From: a virus
IMG/VR virus record: IMGVR_UViG_3300044970_000539
Location: 32,001 to 96,000 of that record
Direction: 5' to 3' (one strand)
DNA length: 64,000 bases
In this document: positions 46,598 through 56,443 of the stretch, in pieces
How the letters are laid out: each line of letters opens with the position of its first letter
Numbering within the stretch: position 1 is the first letter of the stretch
Notes under the pieces: generated by a model
Told to the model about the DNA's origin: nothing
Database searches by the model: none
The model's input: the letters and a program-made list of their open reading frames with translations, nothing else
Position numbers and translations under genes: made by a program

Positions 46598-47371
46598 GTG
46601 AAAATAAAAAATAAAAAAGAATCTAAAGACTATGTTGACATTTATTGGTCTTCATATGGGGAAAAAAATCAAAACTTTCACAGAATGTTGATGGATGTTG
46701 CTCCAGAAAAAATGACAGCCGATCTAATAAAAAACAAGGCTATCTCTCCAAAAATACCAAAAGTTGAAACATTTCAGGCAAACGGATATCAACAATGTTC
46801 TGCTCTACATACACTTTCAAAAAATATGTTTGTTATAAAGTCTCCAATTTCTGCAAAAATACAATTTAATGAAAATGGAGAAATAATAAAAAACACTAAA
46901 GACTCTATCTTCTTTAATGAAAGAGCATCTTCACTAAAAGATTCTTTTTCATTTGATTTTAATTTTGGATATTTATTTTTTACAGATGAAGAAAATGTCA
47001 ATATTACACTAACGCCAGCATATATACATAAAACTTCATACAGAAATGATGCCTTTCTTGCCCCTGCAAAATTTAGCATATCTTCATGGTTAAGGCCAGT
47101 TACTTTTATTTTTCAGATGTGGGAAGAATCAAAAACGTTTGAGTTAAATCAAGGAGATGCCATAGGATATATTTCTTTTGATACAGAAAAACCTATCAGA
47201 TTTCATCAATTTATGGTAACTGACGATATTGTAGATCAGGTGTCTGCCTGTATAAACTATAAATATTTTAAAAAGTTTGTTCCAATGAAGGACCTATATG
47301 ATTTATTTAAAAGAACATCTTTAAAAAATGTAGTTTTAAAGGAAATAAAGAAAAATGTTATATCTGATTAA
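46598..47371 (+). CDS. DUF6065-like hypothetical protein, paralog of 44360-45100
   Basis: IYWS, C.A, FFTDE, TPAY.H, F.ISSWLRP; leaderless GTG. Confidence 0.6.
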   Translation: MKIKNKKESKDYVDIYWSSYGEKNQNFHRMLMDVAPEKMTADLIKNKAISPKIPKVETFQANGYQQCSALHTLSKNMFVIKSPISAKIQFNENGEIIKNTKDSIFFNERASSLKDSFSFDFNFGYLFFTDEENVNITLTPAYIHKTSYRNDAFLAPAKFSISSWLRPVTFIFQMWEESKTFELNQGDAIGYISFDTEKPIRFHQFMVTDDIVDQVSACINYKYFKKFVPMKDLYDLFKRTSLKNVVLKEIKKNVISD

Positions 47372-47396
47372 AGACTTTGTGGTATAATCTAGTATT

Positions 47397-47813
47397 ATGT
47401 GCTCTCCTTTAATTGAAAAACTCGGTGCCTCACCAGCCAATATCCAATGGACAGTGGTCCGTGGAGACACTGCAAACCTTAGAGTAGATTTTCTTGAAGA
47501 TGATGAAGTAACAGCCTACGATACAAGTGGATGGACATTTTCTGCTTCAGCCTATGATCCAGCAGGAGATTTTGTAGATGAACTAGTCGTTGAATCATAT
47601 GACGATGGAACAGTTTTTATTATTGCTAGTCAAGATATAACTGCTAACTGGGGTATTGCTAAGTATAAGCCTATTGTTGCAGAGTTGAGATTTGACCTTA
47701 CCGCCACAATTCCTGGAGATGGAGTATCTGGCGGTGGAGGAGATCTTGAAACAGTTTGGACTCCAGTTGTTGGAACAATCTGTGTTCTTGGAGATGTTAG
47801 TGGCACATTATGA
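47397..47813 (+). CDS. small tail/baseplate-type protein (RGDT family)
   Basis: WTVVRGDT...FDL...WT...GTI.V..DV. Confidence 0.6.
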   Translation: MCSPLIEKLGASPANIQWTVVRGDTANLRVDFLEDDEVTAYDTSGWTFSASAYDPAGDFVDELVVESYDDGTVFIIASQDITANWGIAKYKPIVAELRFDLTATIPGDGVSGGGGDLETVWTPVVGTICVLGDVSGTL

Positions 47814-47899
47814 TTGTTAAAGTAACTTCAAATAAAGTAAACCTTCCACCTGCAATTAAAGTTGGAACAAAGATCTATAAAGTAAAGTAAAATAGATCC

Positions 47900-48637
47900 A
47901 TGGCAACTAGCATGGAACCACCTCAACCTTTAAAGAAAAAAAACTATTTAGACGCAGTTAAATCTTCAAACCCACAAGAACTAGATAAACAATATATTGC
48001 AGTTCCTGGACTACAAGGAGAAACTGGATTAACAGGTCCCAAAGGAGATAAGGGTGATAAGGGTGATACAGGCCCTCAAGGACCACAAGGAGAACGTGGT
48101 AGGCCTGGACCGCAGGGAGAGCGTGGCGAGCCTGGTAGAGGAGGAGAAGGATATGATTCACTTTCAGGACAATATCCAGGTTGGGTATATTATAAAAATA
48201 AACTAGACACTGCCAGCCTTTTAGGACCACAAAGAGGAGATGACGGATGGGTATCTCTTAATTTTTATCCAAACCTTGAATTATCAAATAAAGACTACAA
48301 TGTAAAAAATAATCCAGAACTTTGGTTATCAGATAACAACATGTTTAATTTTAAATCATTAAAACTAGGTGCTAAAGTTGACATAAGGTATGACTTTACA
48401 ATAACTACTGAATCAAACTACACAGAGTTATGGATTAGAACCTTTAATGAAAAATATTTAAATTCTCCTACCTCTTATGTAGCAAACCTTAAATACCAGT
48501 ATTCTTACGATATGTCATTTTTTCAAACCCTGTATATTGACGATCAAAGAATTAAGGGGTATGGGGCAAAAGCACAAGCAAGAACTGATTCAGAAAGTGC
48601 CTTATTATTAAATGGCATCTATATATCAGTCTGTTAA
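47900..48637 (+). CDS. collagen-like repeat virion protein
   Basis: G-X-Y run GLQGETGLTGPKGDKGDKGDTGPQGPQGERGRPGPQGERGEPG. Confidence 0.8.
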   Translation: MATSMEPPQPLKKKNYLDAVKSSNPQELDKQYIAVPGLQGETGLTGPKGDKGDKGDTGPQGPQGERGRPGPQGERGEPGRGGEGYDSLSGQYPGWVYYKNKLDTASLLGPQRGDDGWVSLNFYPNLELSNKDYNVKNNPELWLSDNNMFNFKSLKLGAKVDIRYDFTITTESNYTELWIRTFNEKYLNSPTSYVANLKYQYSYDMSFFQTLYIDDQRIKGYGAKAQARTDSESALLLNGIYISVC

Positions 48638-48661
48638 TGGTATAATAAAGCAGGAGGAATA

Positions 48662-49015
48662 ATGGCATTTCCAGGTACATATAATTTTAGTTACTATCGT
48701 GGGGACACGTATCAATTTGTAATCCGTCCAAAAAATGCAAATGGAACAACCTTTGCACTTGATGCTTATGCAGGCAATGCAGACTTTACTATAGCAAATG
48801 TCCGTGGAAGCACTGGAACTCAGATTGCTGCAACTGCAACGGTAGATACAGCAAATGACATTATTACATGCACTATTACGGGCAGTCAAGGAAGACAACT
48901 AGTTGGCGGAACTACATATGTTTATGACGTTCAAATTGATAACGGTGCAGGTATTATTTATACACTTCTAACTGGTTCTATTTCAGTAACAAACGATATC
49001 ACTGGAGCCGTATAG
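48662..49015 (+). CDS. small tail/baseplate-type protein (RGDT family)
   Basis: YYRGDT...YVYDVQI...TLLTG.I.V..DIT. Confidence 0.65.
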   Translation: MAFPGTYNFSYYRGDTYQFVIRPKNANGTTFALDAYAGNADFTIANVRGSTGTQIAATATVDTANDIITCTITGSQGRQLVGGTTYVYDVQIDNGAGIIYTLLTGSISVTNDITGAV

Positions 49016-49578
49016 TGGCAGATGTTGTTTTATCAAATGATGATTTAACTGTTTTATCTGGACCATCAACAGTAGAATTGCTTGTGGACATTGGTCCAAC
49101 AGGAACTCGTGGCAGTAAGTTTTTTGTGGGTATTGGAAATCCAAATTTAATTTCTGGACTAGGCCAAATACTAAATGACATGTATATTAATACAGCACCT
49201 GGAGAAGACTATGGATACCTATATCAATATGTATCTGAGCCTGGAGGAAACTCTTGGGTTGAGGTTTTAAAGATTAATCCAACAATTTATTCTAAACTTC
49301 ATACAGTAACTTTTGCTTCAGGAACAAGTGCATATGCTGGAAATGGATCTATACTTATTCCAATAACAGATATATCAACTGCTGCAGGACTTACGGCTGA
49401 AAACTTTAATGTGCAATATTCAATTCAAAATGCAAACCCATTAGCATCTTCTATTTCATCTATTCAGATATCTGGAACAGATTTAATTATAAATCTTGAG
49501 GCTTCTGAATATGATGGAACTTGGGGTCCACTTGATGCAGAGGTTTCTGTTAATATTTTTGTATCGGTCATGATATAA
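49015..49578 (+). CDS. minor tail protein
   Basis: GP.G.RGS..F.G.G.P...DMYIN motif. Confidence 0.6.
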   Translation: MADVVLSNDDLTVLSGPSTVELLVDIGPTGTRGSKFFVGIGNPNLISGLGQILNDMYINTAPGEDYGYLYQYVSEPGGNSWVEVLKINPTIYSKLHTVTFASGTSAYAGNGSILIPITDISTAAGLTAENFNVQYSIQNANPLASSISSIQISGTDLIINLEASEYDGTWGPLDAEVSVNIFVSVMI

Positions 49579-49596
49579 TGAATGAGGTGAAATGAC

Positions 49597-50625
49597 ATGG
49601 CAGCAGAATCAATAGGAGCAATATACTCCACAAAAATTCCAGGGTATGCAGACAATGCTGATATTCAGGCTGCCTTTAAATTATATCATTACGGATCAGC
49701 AGAATACAATAGTGCTAATGCTAATACCGCAAACCTAGTAAACCCATCTATTGCATATACCTTAAATGACATTCAATCACAAATTACAGCACTTGATCCA
49801 GCAGGTGGAATATCAAAATCTATAATTGATGCCAAGGGTGATTTGTTAGTAGGCTCTGCAAATGATACAGTAGATAATCTTACAGTAGGAAGTAATAACT
49901 TTATATTAACTGCAGACTCTTCACAAACACTTGGAATTAAGTGGGCTGCGCCAGAAATTACTGCTACCAATACGGTTACTTTTACAAATAAGTCAGTTTC
50001 TCTTGCAACTAACACATTGACAGGTACAATTGCACAATTTAACACAGCAGTATCTGATGCTGACTTTGCAACACTAGCAGGTACTGAGACCCTCACAAAC
50101 AAGTCAATTTCTCTTACAAATAACACATTAACAGGAACTAAGGCACAATTTAATACTGCAATGTCAGATGCAGATTTTGCAACAATTGCAGGAGCAGAAA
50201 CTTTAACAAACAAGACTTTAACTAGCCCAATAATCAATACAGCAACAATAAGTTTAGGAGCACAGATAGATGGTGGTGGATATACTTACAAGAATCTTCA
50301 TCCATCTACAACTGTTGCCACAGCATCTGCAACTCCATCAATTGCAGTAAATACAGATTCATATTATGTTTTAAATAACTCTGCAAACACTGTCTCAGCA
50401 ATGACAATTACCTTTACGGGTTTTGCAACAAGCGGAACAGCACATGCTTGGCAAGTAGAAGTAGACCGTGGATCTGGAACTTTGGCATTAACATGGCCAG
50501 CAGCAGTGGTTTGGGATGGTGGAACTGCACCATCAACAACGGCAAGCAAAAAAACAGTCTTTACATTTTTAACTCGTGACGGTGGAACAACTATTTATGG
50601 TGGAACAGCATTTGGAGCAATCTAA
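49597..50625 (+). CDS. tail fibre with 37-aa tandem repeat and WP..V.W.GG.AP tip domain
   Basis: DAKGDLLVG, two copies of TNKS.SL..NTLTGT.AQFNTA.SDADFAT.AG.ETL, tip WPAAVVWDGGTAP...DGGTTIYG. Confidence 0.75.
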   Translation: MAAESIGAIYSTKIPGYADNADIQAAFKLYHYGSAEYNSANANTANLVNPSIAYTLNDIQSQITALDPAGGISKSIIDAKGDLLVGSANDTVDNLTVGSNNFILTADSSQTLGIKWAAPEITATNTVTFTNKSVSLATNTLTGTIAQFNTAVSDADFATLAGTETLTNKSISLTNNTLTGTKAQFNTAMSDADFATIAGAETLTNKTLTSPIINTATISLGAQIDGGGYTYKNLHPSTTVATASATPSIAVNTDSYYVLNNSANTVSAMTITFTGFATSGTAHAWQVEVDRGSGTLALTWPAAVVWDGGTAPSTTASKKTVFTFLTRDGGTTIYGGTAFGAI

Positions 50626-51536
50626 TGCTTCCACACATTATTCTATTAACTAGAAAACAAAAATCACTACCACTGAGTGCAACATGGTCTACTGGATTTG
50701 TAGGTGGATCAAGCCAGTATTGGACAAACGCATATGGAGTAGTTTCTGTTACAGATGGAACAAATCTACTTTCTGGATTAGACTATAATGGTTCAACATT
50801 AAGTGGAACCAATATGTTTTATTTATCACCATCGACTGGCTATGCTTGGACCGCTGGTACAACCTATCCATTAGCAGCAGATGTTCAAGTCGCTGAATTT
50901 TTAACTCCATATTTTTATTTTATTGGAGGGGGAACTGCTTCAGCAACTTCATATATAACAAATGGAACTGCAAGTAGTTGGACAGCAATTGCAAGCACAA
51001 ATAAAGGAAGAAGGCAAGGTGGATTAGCAAAAATTGGATCAACTTTATATGCTTTTGGTGGCCTTGGTAATGGCTCCAATGAAGGGGGTACTAACTGGGA
51101 ATCATATAACGGATCTTCATGGATAAATGGAGGAAATACTCCAGCATTCATTGCAAATACATCAAATGCGGCAAAAACAATTGGAAGCAATATTTATTTA
51201 TTGAGTTTTCTTGCATTTTATAAATTTGATGGAGTCAATTTTACTGCATTAACAAGTCCTCCAGTAACTGCTAGATATTCAGCAAATACTGTTCTTAATG
51301 GTAGGTTTTATATTATGGGCGGACAAGGTGTTTCAGATTTTTTTCCACACGCTTTAGTTCATTCAACAGATGCAAATGGAGCAACTTGGCAAGTAGAAAC
51401 ACCTCTTCCATACGGAAGATATTTTGGATCTGCAGTAACATATCTTAATCAAATTTTTAATTTTGCAGGACAAGGTACTGGTCCAGATACAGGAGTAAGT
51501 TACCAAAGAACAATTTATAGAAACAACCAAACATAA
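50625..51536 (+). CDS. Kelch-like beta-propeller, putative fibre-tip adhesin
   Basis: Repeats FYFIGG, LYAFGG, FYIMGG, IFNFAG with Y..W spacing. Confidence 0.75.
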   Translation: MLPHIILLTRKQKSLPLSATWSTGFVGGSSQYWTNAYGVVSVTDGTNLLSGLDYNGSTLSGTNMFYLSPSTGYAWTAGTTYPLAADVQVAEFLTPYFYFIGGGTASATSYITNGTASSWTAIASTNKGRRQGGLAKIGSTLYAFGGLGNGSNEGGTNWESYNGSSWINGGNTPAFIANTSNAAKTIGSNIYLLSFLAFYKFDGVNFTALTSPPVTARYSANTVLNGRFYIMGGQGVSDFFPHALVHSTDANGATWQVETPLPYGRYFGSAVTYLNQIFNFAGQGTGPDTGVSYQRTIYRNNQT

Positions 51537-51545
51537 GGAGAAAAA

Positions 51546-51845
51546 ATGAGAGAATATACAGTAAGAGTAACTCAAGAAGAAGGAAAGCATGTAGCCTGGA
51601 TTGACATTGATGGAAGTCCAGTTATCAAACAACTTTCTAGACCTGGGTCACAAGAAGGTGAATTCTTTGAAAGTTCTGCAGATGCTAATTCATGGGCAGA
51701 TTCACATGTGCTAGAAATTCAGGCATCAGAACAAGCACAACTAGAAGAAGTTGCTAGACAAGAAGCCTTAGTTGCACAAGCACAGGCAGATTCAGAGAGA
51801 CTTTTAAGAATTGAAGAAAAGTTAGATCAGTTATTAAATCCTTAA
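51546..51845 (+). CDS. small acidic partner protein
   Basis: I.Q...P....F.S...A..WA; AAGGAG RBS. Confidence 0.65.
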   Translation: MREYTVRVTQEEGKHVAWIDIDGSPVIKQLSRPGSQEGEFFESSADANSWADSHVLEIQASEQAQLEEVARQEALVAQAQADSERLLRIEEKLDQLLNP

Positions 51846-51889
51846 ACAAAATAATGTTATAATGAAAACAACATAAGGAGTTTTATAAA

Positions 51890-52798
51890 ATGCCATTGCT
51901 GGGTGCTCGTGGAGGTGGATCTGTAAGAGGGTTTGGTCGTTTTGGCAAAGCCTTGCTTTTATCCTTTATAGACAACCTTAATAGATCAACCTCTGGAACT
52001 TTGGGAACATCAAGTGATGGCAAGGGAATATGGTCAAATATAAGAGGAGCCTGGATTGGAAATGGCTCTTCTGCAATTAACGCAGATGCAGCATCTAATA
52101 ATAGTATTACAACAATAACTCTTGATGGATCAACAATTACAAATGCACAAGTTGATGTTAATGCAAGCGGAGGAGTAGGGTTATCTTTCTGGGTAACAGA
52201 TGCTAATAACTACTATGCTATTTTTCCATCTTATAATTTAACAACTTCTTCATCTACAACATGCTCTTTAGCATCAACAAATTCTGGACAGAATAATTAT
52301 TCTGGATTTTGTGCAAATGGAAATTCTTACAGTGTTCCAGAGTGGGAATGCTACGGACCAGGCTTTGGTCAATATGCATATTGCTCGGGCAATAACTGTT
52401 GTTATAATTTTGGATCAGGCTGGAATCCAGGAGTACAATGGAGCACCTCCTTTTACACAAATGGTACTAGAAATCAAACAATTGTTACATCAAACTATAC
52501 ATCAAGAGTAAATTTAAAAAAAGTTGAATCTGGATCAGAAACTGAATTAATAAGTTCAAACTATAACTCTAGCAGTTCAGCCTATTCTAAGACTAACTCA
52601 ATTGCAATTAGTACATCAGGTGACACAATATCTTATAGTTTTTACAGCGGTACAGGAAAAAGTGGATCCCTACTCGCATCTGGATCAAATACTCCATCTA
52701 GTCCAATAAAAGGAAATAAGATAGGTCTATTTAAAGGAACATCTATAACAGAACAAGGCAGCACATTAAATAATATTGAAGTAACCGTAACCGCATAA
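51890..52798 (+). CDS. MPLLGARGGG-family protein 1 with Cys-rich variable insert
   Basis: Conserved ends shared with 53245 and 61319; 6 Cys confined to the middle. Confidence 0.8.
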   Translation: MPLLGARGGGSVRGFGRFGKALLLSFIDNLNRSTSGTLGTSSDGKGIWSNIRGAWIGNGSSAINADAASNNSITTITLDGSTITNAQVDVNASGGVGLSFWVTDANNYYAIFPSYNLTTSSSTTCSLASTNSGQNNYSGFCANGNSYSVPEWECYGPGFGQYAYCSGNNCCYNFGSGWNPGVQWSTSFYTNGTRNQTIVTSNYTSRVNLKKVESGSETELISSNYNSSSSAYSKTNSIAISTSGDTISYSFYSGTGKSGSLLASGSNTPSSPIKGNKIGLFKGTSITEQGSTLNNIEVTVTA

Positions 52799-52846
52799 AA
52801 CTTTAATGATAGAACTTAACTACTAGGAAATATAGGGAGAATACAT

Positions 52847-53191
52847 ATGAGTGAGATGACAGAAGAAGAAATAAATCAACTAACACCAAAAAAGGTAGCA
52901 TTTATAATTGATGGTGAGGTTGTTGACATTGTAGGTACAGATGAAAGGCTTGCTGCAATATTTTTAAGCCAACCAACTATGGTTGATGTTACTGGACCAG
53001 ATGGAAGTTCAACAACGGACATAGGTTACAGTTATGATCAAATAACTGGAGAATTTAGAGAACCAAAACCATATGAGTCTTGGATTTTTGATCAAGAAAG
53101 AAGTCGCTGGAGAGCACCAGTAGAGTTTCCAATAGATGGAAGAAGTTATACTTGGGATGAGGAAACAATTTCTTGGAATTTACAGTCCTAG
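52847..53191 (+). CDS. TDERLA-family partner (possible assembly chaperone)
   Basis: PKKVAFIIDG.VVD...TDERLAAIFLSQP...PKPY.SW. Confidence 0.75.
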   Translation: MSEMTEEEINQLTPKKVAFIIDGEVVDIVGTDERLAAIFLSQPTMVDVTGPDGSSTTDIGYSYDQITGEFREPKPYESWIFDQERSRWRAPVEFPIDGRSYTWDEETISWNLQS

Positions 53192-53244
53192 TTTATTTTA
53201 AAATAAATTATGATATAATAAAAACAACATAAGGAGATTTATAA

Positions 53245-54183
53245 ATGCCAATGATGGGTTCTCGTGGTGGGGGTTCCATAAGAGGTTTTGGCCGTTTTGG
53301 CAAGAACATATTACTTGCTTTTCTTGATTCTTTAAATAGAACAACCTCTGGCTCCCTTGGAACATCAAGCGATGGTAAGGCTGTGTGGAAAAATGTTAGA
53401 GGAACCTGGCAAGGAAATGGAAGTGCTGGTTCTTCAAACGCCGCAGCATCAGGAAACAATATTGCTGTTGTAGACTTAGATGCAACAGTTATTTCAAATC
53501 TTCAGGTTGATACAGGAAACACTTCAGGAGTTGGACTAGCATTTTGGGTAACAGATGCTAACAACTGGTGGGCATCAACAACATCAAACTCAACTAGTTC
53601 TTATAACTATTCAACTTGCACTGGAGGAGGATCTGGCCTACAGGCAGGTGGTTGTCCAGGAAGTTGTTTTGGAGCATGTGGTGGTTGTAACCAATCATCA
53701 AGTTACTACGTTTGGTATGTTTATTGCAATTATGGTCGTGGCTATCAGACATGGACTACAACATCAAATACATTTCAGGTTGCTGAAATTGGACAGGGTG
53801 CTTGCCAATACTATGGTGGGCAGCCTAATTACAGAGACTCAGTTACTGCATATGGATGTTCGTCAACTACCCAGTCATTTTCAGGAACTAACTACCTTTC
53901 TAACTTTAAGTTACTAAATAATTCAGGAACGGTAGTAAATACAGAGTACAATACAAACACATCTGCATTTGCTTCTGCAGGATCAATAGCAATTTCAACT
54001 GTAGGAAACGTAATTACATACTCAGTATATTCTGCAGCAAATAAAGGTGGCAGTTTATTACATACTGGAGCATATACAGCAACAACCCCAACTAAGGGTC
54101 CTGGAGTTGGAATCTTTCATAGTGATGGTGGATCAAACCAAGGCTCTTCTGTAAGTAATTTTAGTGTAACGACAGTACTATAG
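53245..54183 (+). CDS. MPLLGARGGG-family protein 2 with Cys-rich variable insert
   Basis: 8 Cys confined to the middle. Confidence 0.8.
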   Translation: MPMMGSRGGGSIRGFGRFGKNILLAFLDSLNRTTSGSLGTSSDGKAVWKNVRGTWQGNGSAGSSNAAASGNNIAVVDLDATVISNLQVDTGNTSGVGLAFWVTDANNWWASTTSNSTSSYNYSTCTGGGSGLQAGGCPGSCFGACGGCNQSSSYYVWYVYCNYGRGYQTWTTTSNTFQVAEIGQGACQYYGGQPNYRDSVTAYGCSSTTQSFSGTNYLSNFKLLNNSGTVVNTEYNTNTSAFASAGSIAISTVGNVITYSVYSAANKGGSLLHTGAYTATTPTKGPGVGIFHSDGGSNQGSSVSNFSVTTVL

Positions 54184-54195
54184 GAGATAAAACAA

Positions 54196-54483
54196 GTGTC
54201 AGAAAATAATAATAATCTTACACCAAACAAGTTAGCAGTTATTACAGATAACGTTGTAATGGATGTTTTACATACAGATGAAAGATTGGCTGCAATATTG
54301 TTAAGTCAGCCCACAGTCCTAGAGTTAACAGAAGAATATGAAGAAGTAAATTCAAGAATTGGAAATGTTTATGATGAATCTACTCAAAAATTTATGCCAC
54401 CATCTCCAGGGCCATCACATGTTTGGAATGAAGACATTAAAGGTTGGGTTATCCGAGAAATTTTTGATACTCTTGAGCCTTAA
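54196..54483 (+). CDS. TDERLA-family partner
   Basis: PNKLAVI.DNVVMDVLHTDERLAAILLSQP; GTG start with AGGAG. Confidence 0.75.
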   Translation: MSENNNNLTPNKLAVITDNVVMDVLHTDERLAAILLSQPTVLELTEEYEEVNSRIGNVYDESTQKFMPPSPGPSHVWNEDIKGWVIREIFDTLEP

Positions 54484-54521
54484 GTAAATTTCAATAAAAA
54501 ATAAAACAAAATATAAATAAT

Positions 54522-54557
54522 AAAAACCCCCAAGGATTTCTCCAAGGGGGTATTTTA
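54522..54557. terminator. bidirectional terminator
   Basis: A-tract, CCCCC-..-GGA-TTTC-TCC-..-GGGGG, T-tract between convergent genes. Confidence 0.65.
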
Positions 54558-54568
54558 TTTGTATAAAA

Positions 54569-55114
54569 CTATTTAGGAAATTTATTCATCCACATTCTAG
54601 TTTTAGGTGTTATGCCTTTCCAAGAAGACCAATCTTCTCCACCCCTAGACATATAGTATGCAATCTCAGCATTTTTTACTGGATTAAATAATTCAGCGTT
54701 AGAGTCAAGATCAAACTTATCTCGTCTGTCTGGACCCAAGTTATCAATCATATTAATTTGAAACACCCCGTAGGATGAGTCCCCAGTCTTATGGTTTCCG
54801 TTAAATGCTAAAGGACGACCATTAGATTCTTTCTTGGCAATAGCCCAAGCCACTACTAAATCATTACCTCTAAACCCAACAAGGTGAAGAAGGTCTTTTA
54901 ATTCAACATCTGTAAGATGTGTTTTGTTTTCATAACGTTCTAACATTTTTGCTTTAGAAACAACAAAAGCCACCTTGTGGGTGGCAGCAGGGTTTTCAGC
55001 CTGTTTAATTAGTAAGTTATTTTCCGTACTTGACGCATTGGCAAAGTTGCTAAATGGTGCAACAACCCCTACCAATGCTAGGATTCCAATCCAAGCCTTT
55101 AAATCTCTTCTCAT
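54569..55114 (-). CDS. secreted lysozyme-like/SLT transglycosylase
   Basis: Signal peptide; AIAKKES.G, SYGVFQIN, LFNP..NA..AY, W..W. Confidence 0.85.
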   Translation of the reverse strand: MRRDLKAWIGILALVGVVAPFSNFANASSTENNLLIKQAENPAATHKVAFVVSKAKMLERYENKTHLTDVELKDLLHLVGFRGNDLVVAWAIAKKESNGRPLAFNGNHKTGDSSYGVFQINMIDNLGPDRRDKFDLDSNAELFNPVKNAEIAYYMSRGGEDWSSWKGITPKTRMWMNKFPK

Positions 55115-55260
55115 AATAAAAACCTCCTAGAGACTAAAAATGCTACTTGTTAGTAGCATGTATTAATTATAACATGAATTTGGCTTTAAAGTCAAACTTT
55201 GGATAACATTTTAATAACTTTTTAATTTTTATGCGGGGAAGTGGTATAATAATAAGTACT

Positions 55261-55788
55261 ATGGCTACTGGTGCAACTACAACTTATGATCTTCCTTACC
55301 CCCTTTTAACTGACCCTGTAAATGTCCATGAGGATATTCAGTCATTAGCAGAAAAAATAGAAGATGTTATTTCAAACGTTGGTCTTCCTTTTATTTCACT
55401 TGAAGTTAGAAATACAACAGGTGCAACAATTGCAAAAGGAACTCCTGTATATATTTCAGGGTATTCAACAAAACCATTAATTGCAAAATCTGACTCAGAT
55501 GATCTAGCAACATTTCCAGTGGTAGGAATAACACAAGCATCAATTGCAAATAACGCAAATGGAGTAATTATTATCTCTGGAGTGTTTGAGGACATTGACA
55601 CTTCTTCTTATACCGCTGGAGAAATATTATATGTTGCAAATGGTGGAGGACTTACAGATACGATCCCAGCAGGTGGATCAGGTGCGGTAGCAGTAGTTGC
55701 TAAATCAAATGCATCAACTGGAATAATTATTGTTGGACAACCAAAAGGCAATGGAACGTGGGGATCAATGAAAGCAGGTTTGGCATAA
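55261..55788 (+). CDS. minor tail/virion protein
   Basis: TT.YDLPYP...D.VNV..DIQ.LA; RNTTG.TIAKG.PVY; G..LYV...GGLT. Confidence 0.7.
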   Translation: MATGATTTYDLPYPLLTDPVNVHEDIQSLAEKIEDVISNVGLPFISLEVRNTTGATIAKGTPVYISGYSTKPLIAKSDSDDLATFPVVGITQASIANNANGVIIISGVFEDIDTSSYTAGEILYVANGGGLTDTIPAGGSGAVAVVAKSNASTGIIIVGQPKGNGTWGSMKAGLA

Positions 55789-56201
55789 TGGCAACTTTAA
55801 GAGGTCAAGGCGCATCTACATACGACATTGGTGAAAAGCCACCATTTGTTAACTGGACTATCGTAAAAGGCGATACAGCATCATTTAAGATCTACCTAAC
55901 AGATGATACAAAGCAGCCTTTAACTATTTCTGATTGGACAATAGAGGCAGAGTTTAAGAGACCAACCACAATAGTTGATCCTCAAATAATTACGGACACT
56001 GCAACATTAATTTTTACAATTAATCCAGCACAAGACCAAGATGATGAAGACGGAGAGTTTAAGGTTAATCTAACTGCAGCACAAACTGCACAGTTAAGAA
56101 CAGATGACATATTTGACATTGAACTACGTCTTCCACAAAATACCCTTGTATGGACAGTTGCTCAAGGCAAGATTACCCTGATTGAGGATGTTACAAACTA
56201 A
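55788..56201 (+). CDS. small tail/baseplate-type protein (RGDT family)
   Basis: WTIVKGDT...FDIEL...WTVAQG.I..IEDVT. Confidence 0.65.
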   Translation: MATLRGQGASTYDIGEKPPFVNWTIVKGDTASFKIYLTDDTKQPLTISDWTIEAEFKRPTTIVDPQIITDTATLIFTINPAQDQDDEDGEFKVNLTAAQTAQLRTDDIFDIELRLPQNTLVWTVAQGKITLIEDVTN

Positions 56202-56422
56202 TGGCAACGGTTACTATAAATAGTAACAATCCCGTTGCTACAAAAATTATTGAAAGAGTTTCTTTTCCAAAAGCAGAGATTGTTGATTTAAATCGTGGTA
56301 TAAGTATAAACTCAGTATTGCCATTTAGAATAAGATTCACGGCAATACAGATACCCAACAGTATTGGAAATGTACCAGCAATTCCTTTGCAGGTCATTGG
56401 TTTCTCTAACTATATACTTTAA
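56201..56422 (+). CDS. hypothetical virion-region protein
   Basis: 73 aa, TAATG-coupled. Confidence 0.6.
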   Translation: MATVTINSNNPVATKIIERVSFPKAEIVDLNRGISINSVLPFRIRFTAIQIPNSIGNVPAIPLQVIGFSNYIL

Positions 56423-56443
56423 AATATATGATATAATTCAGAC

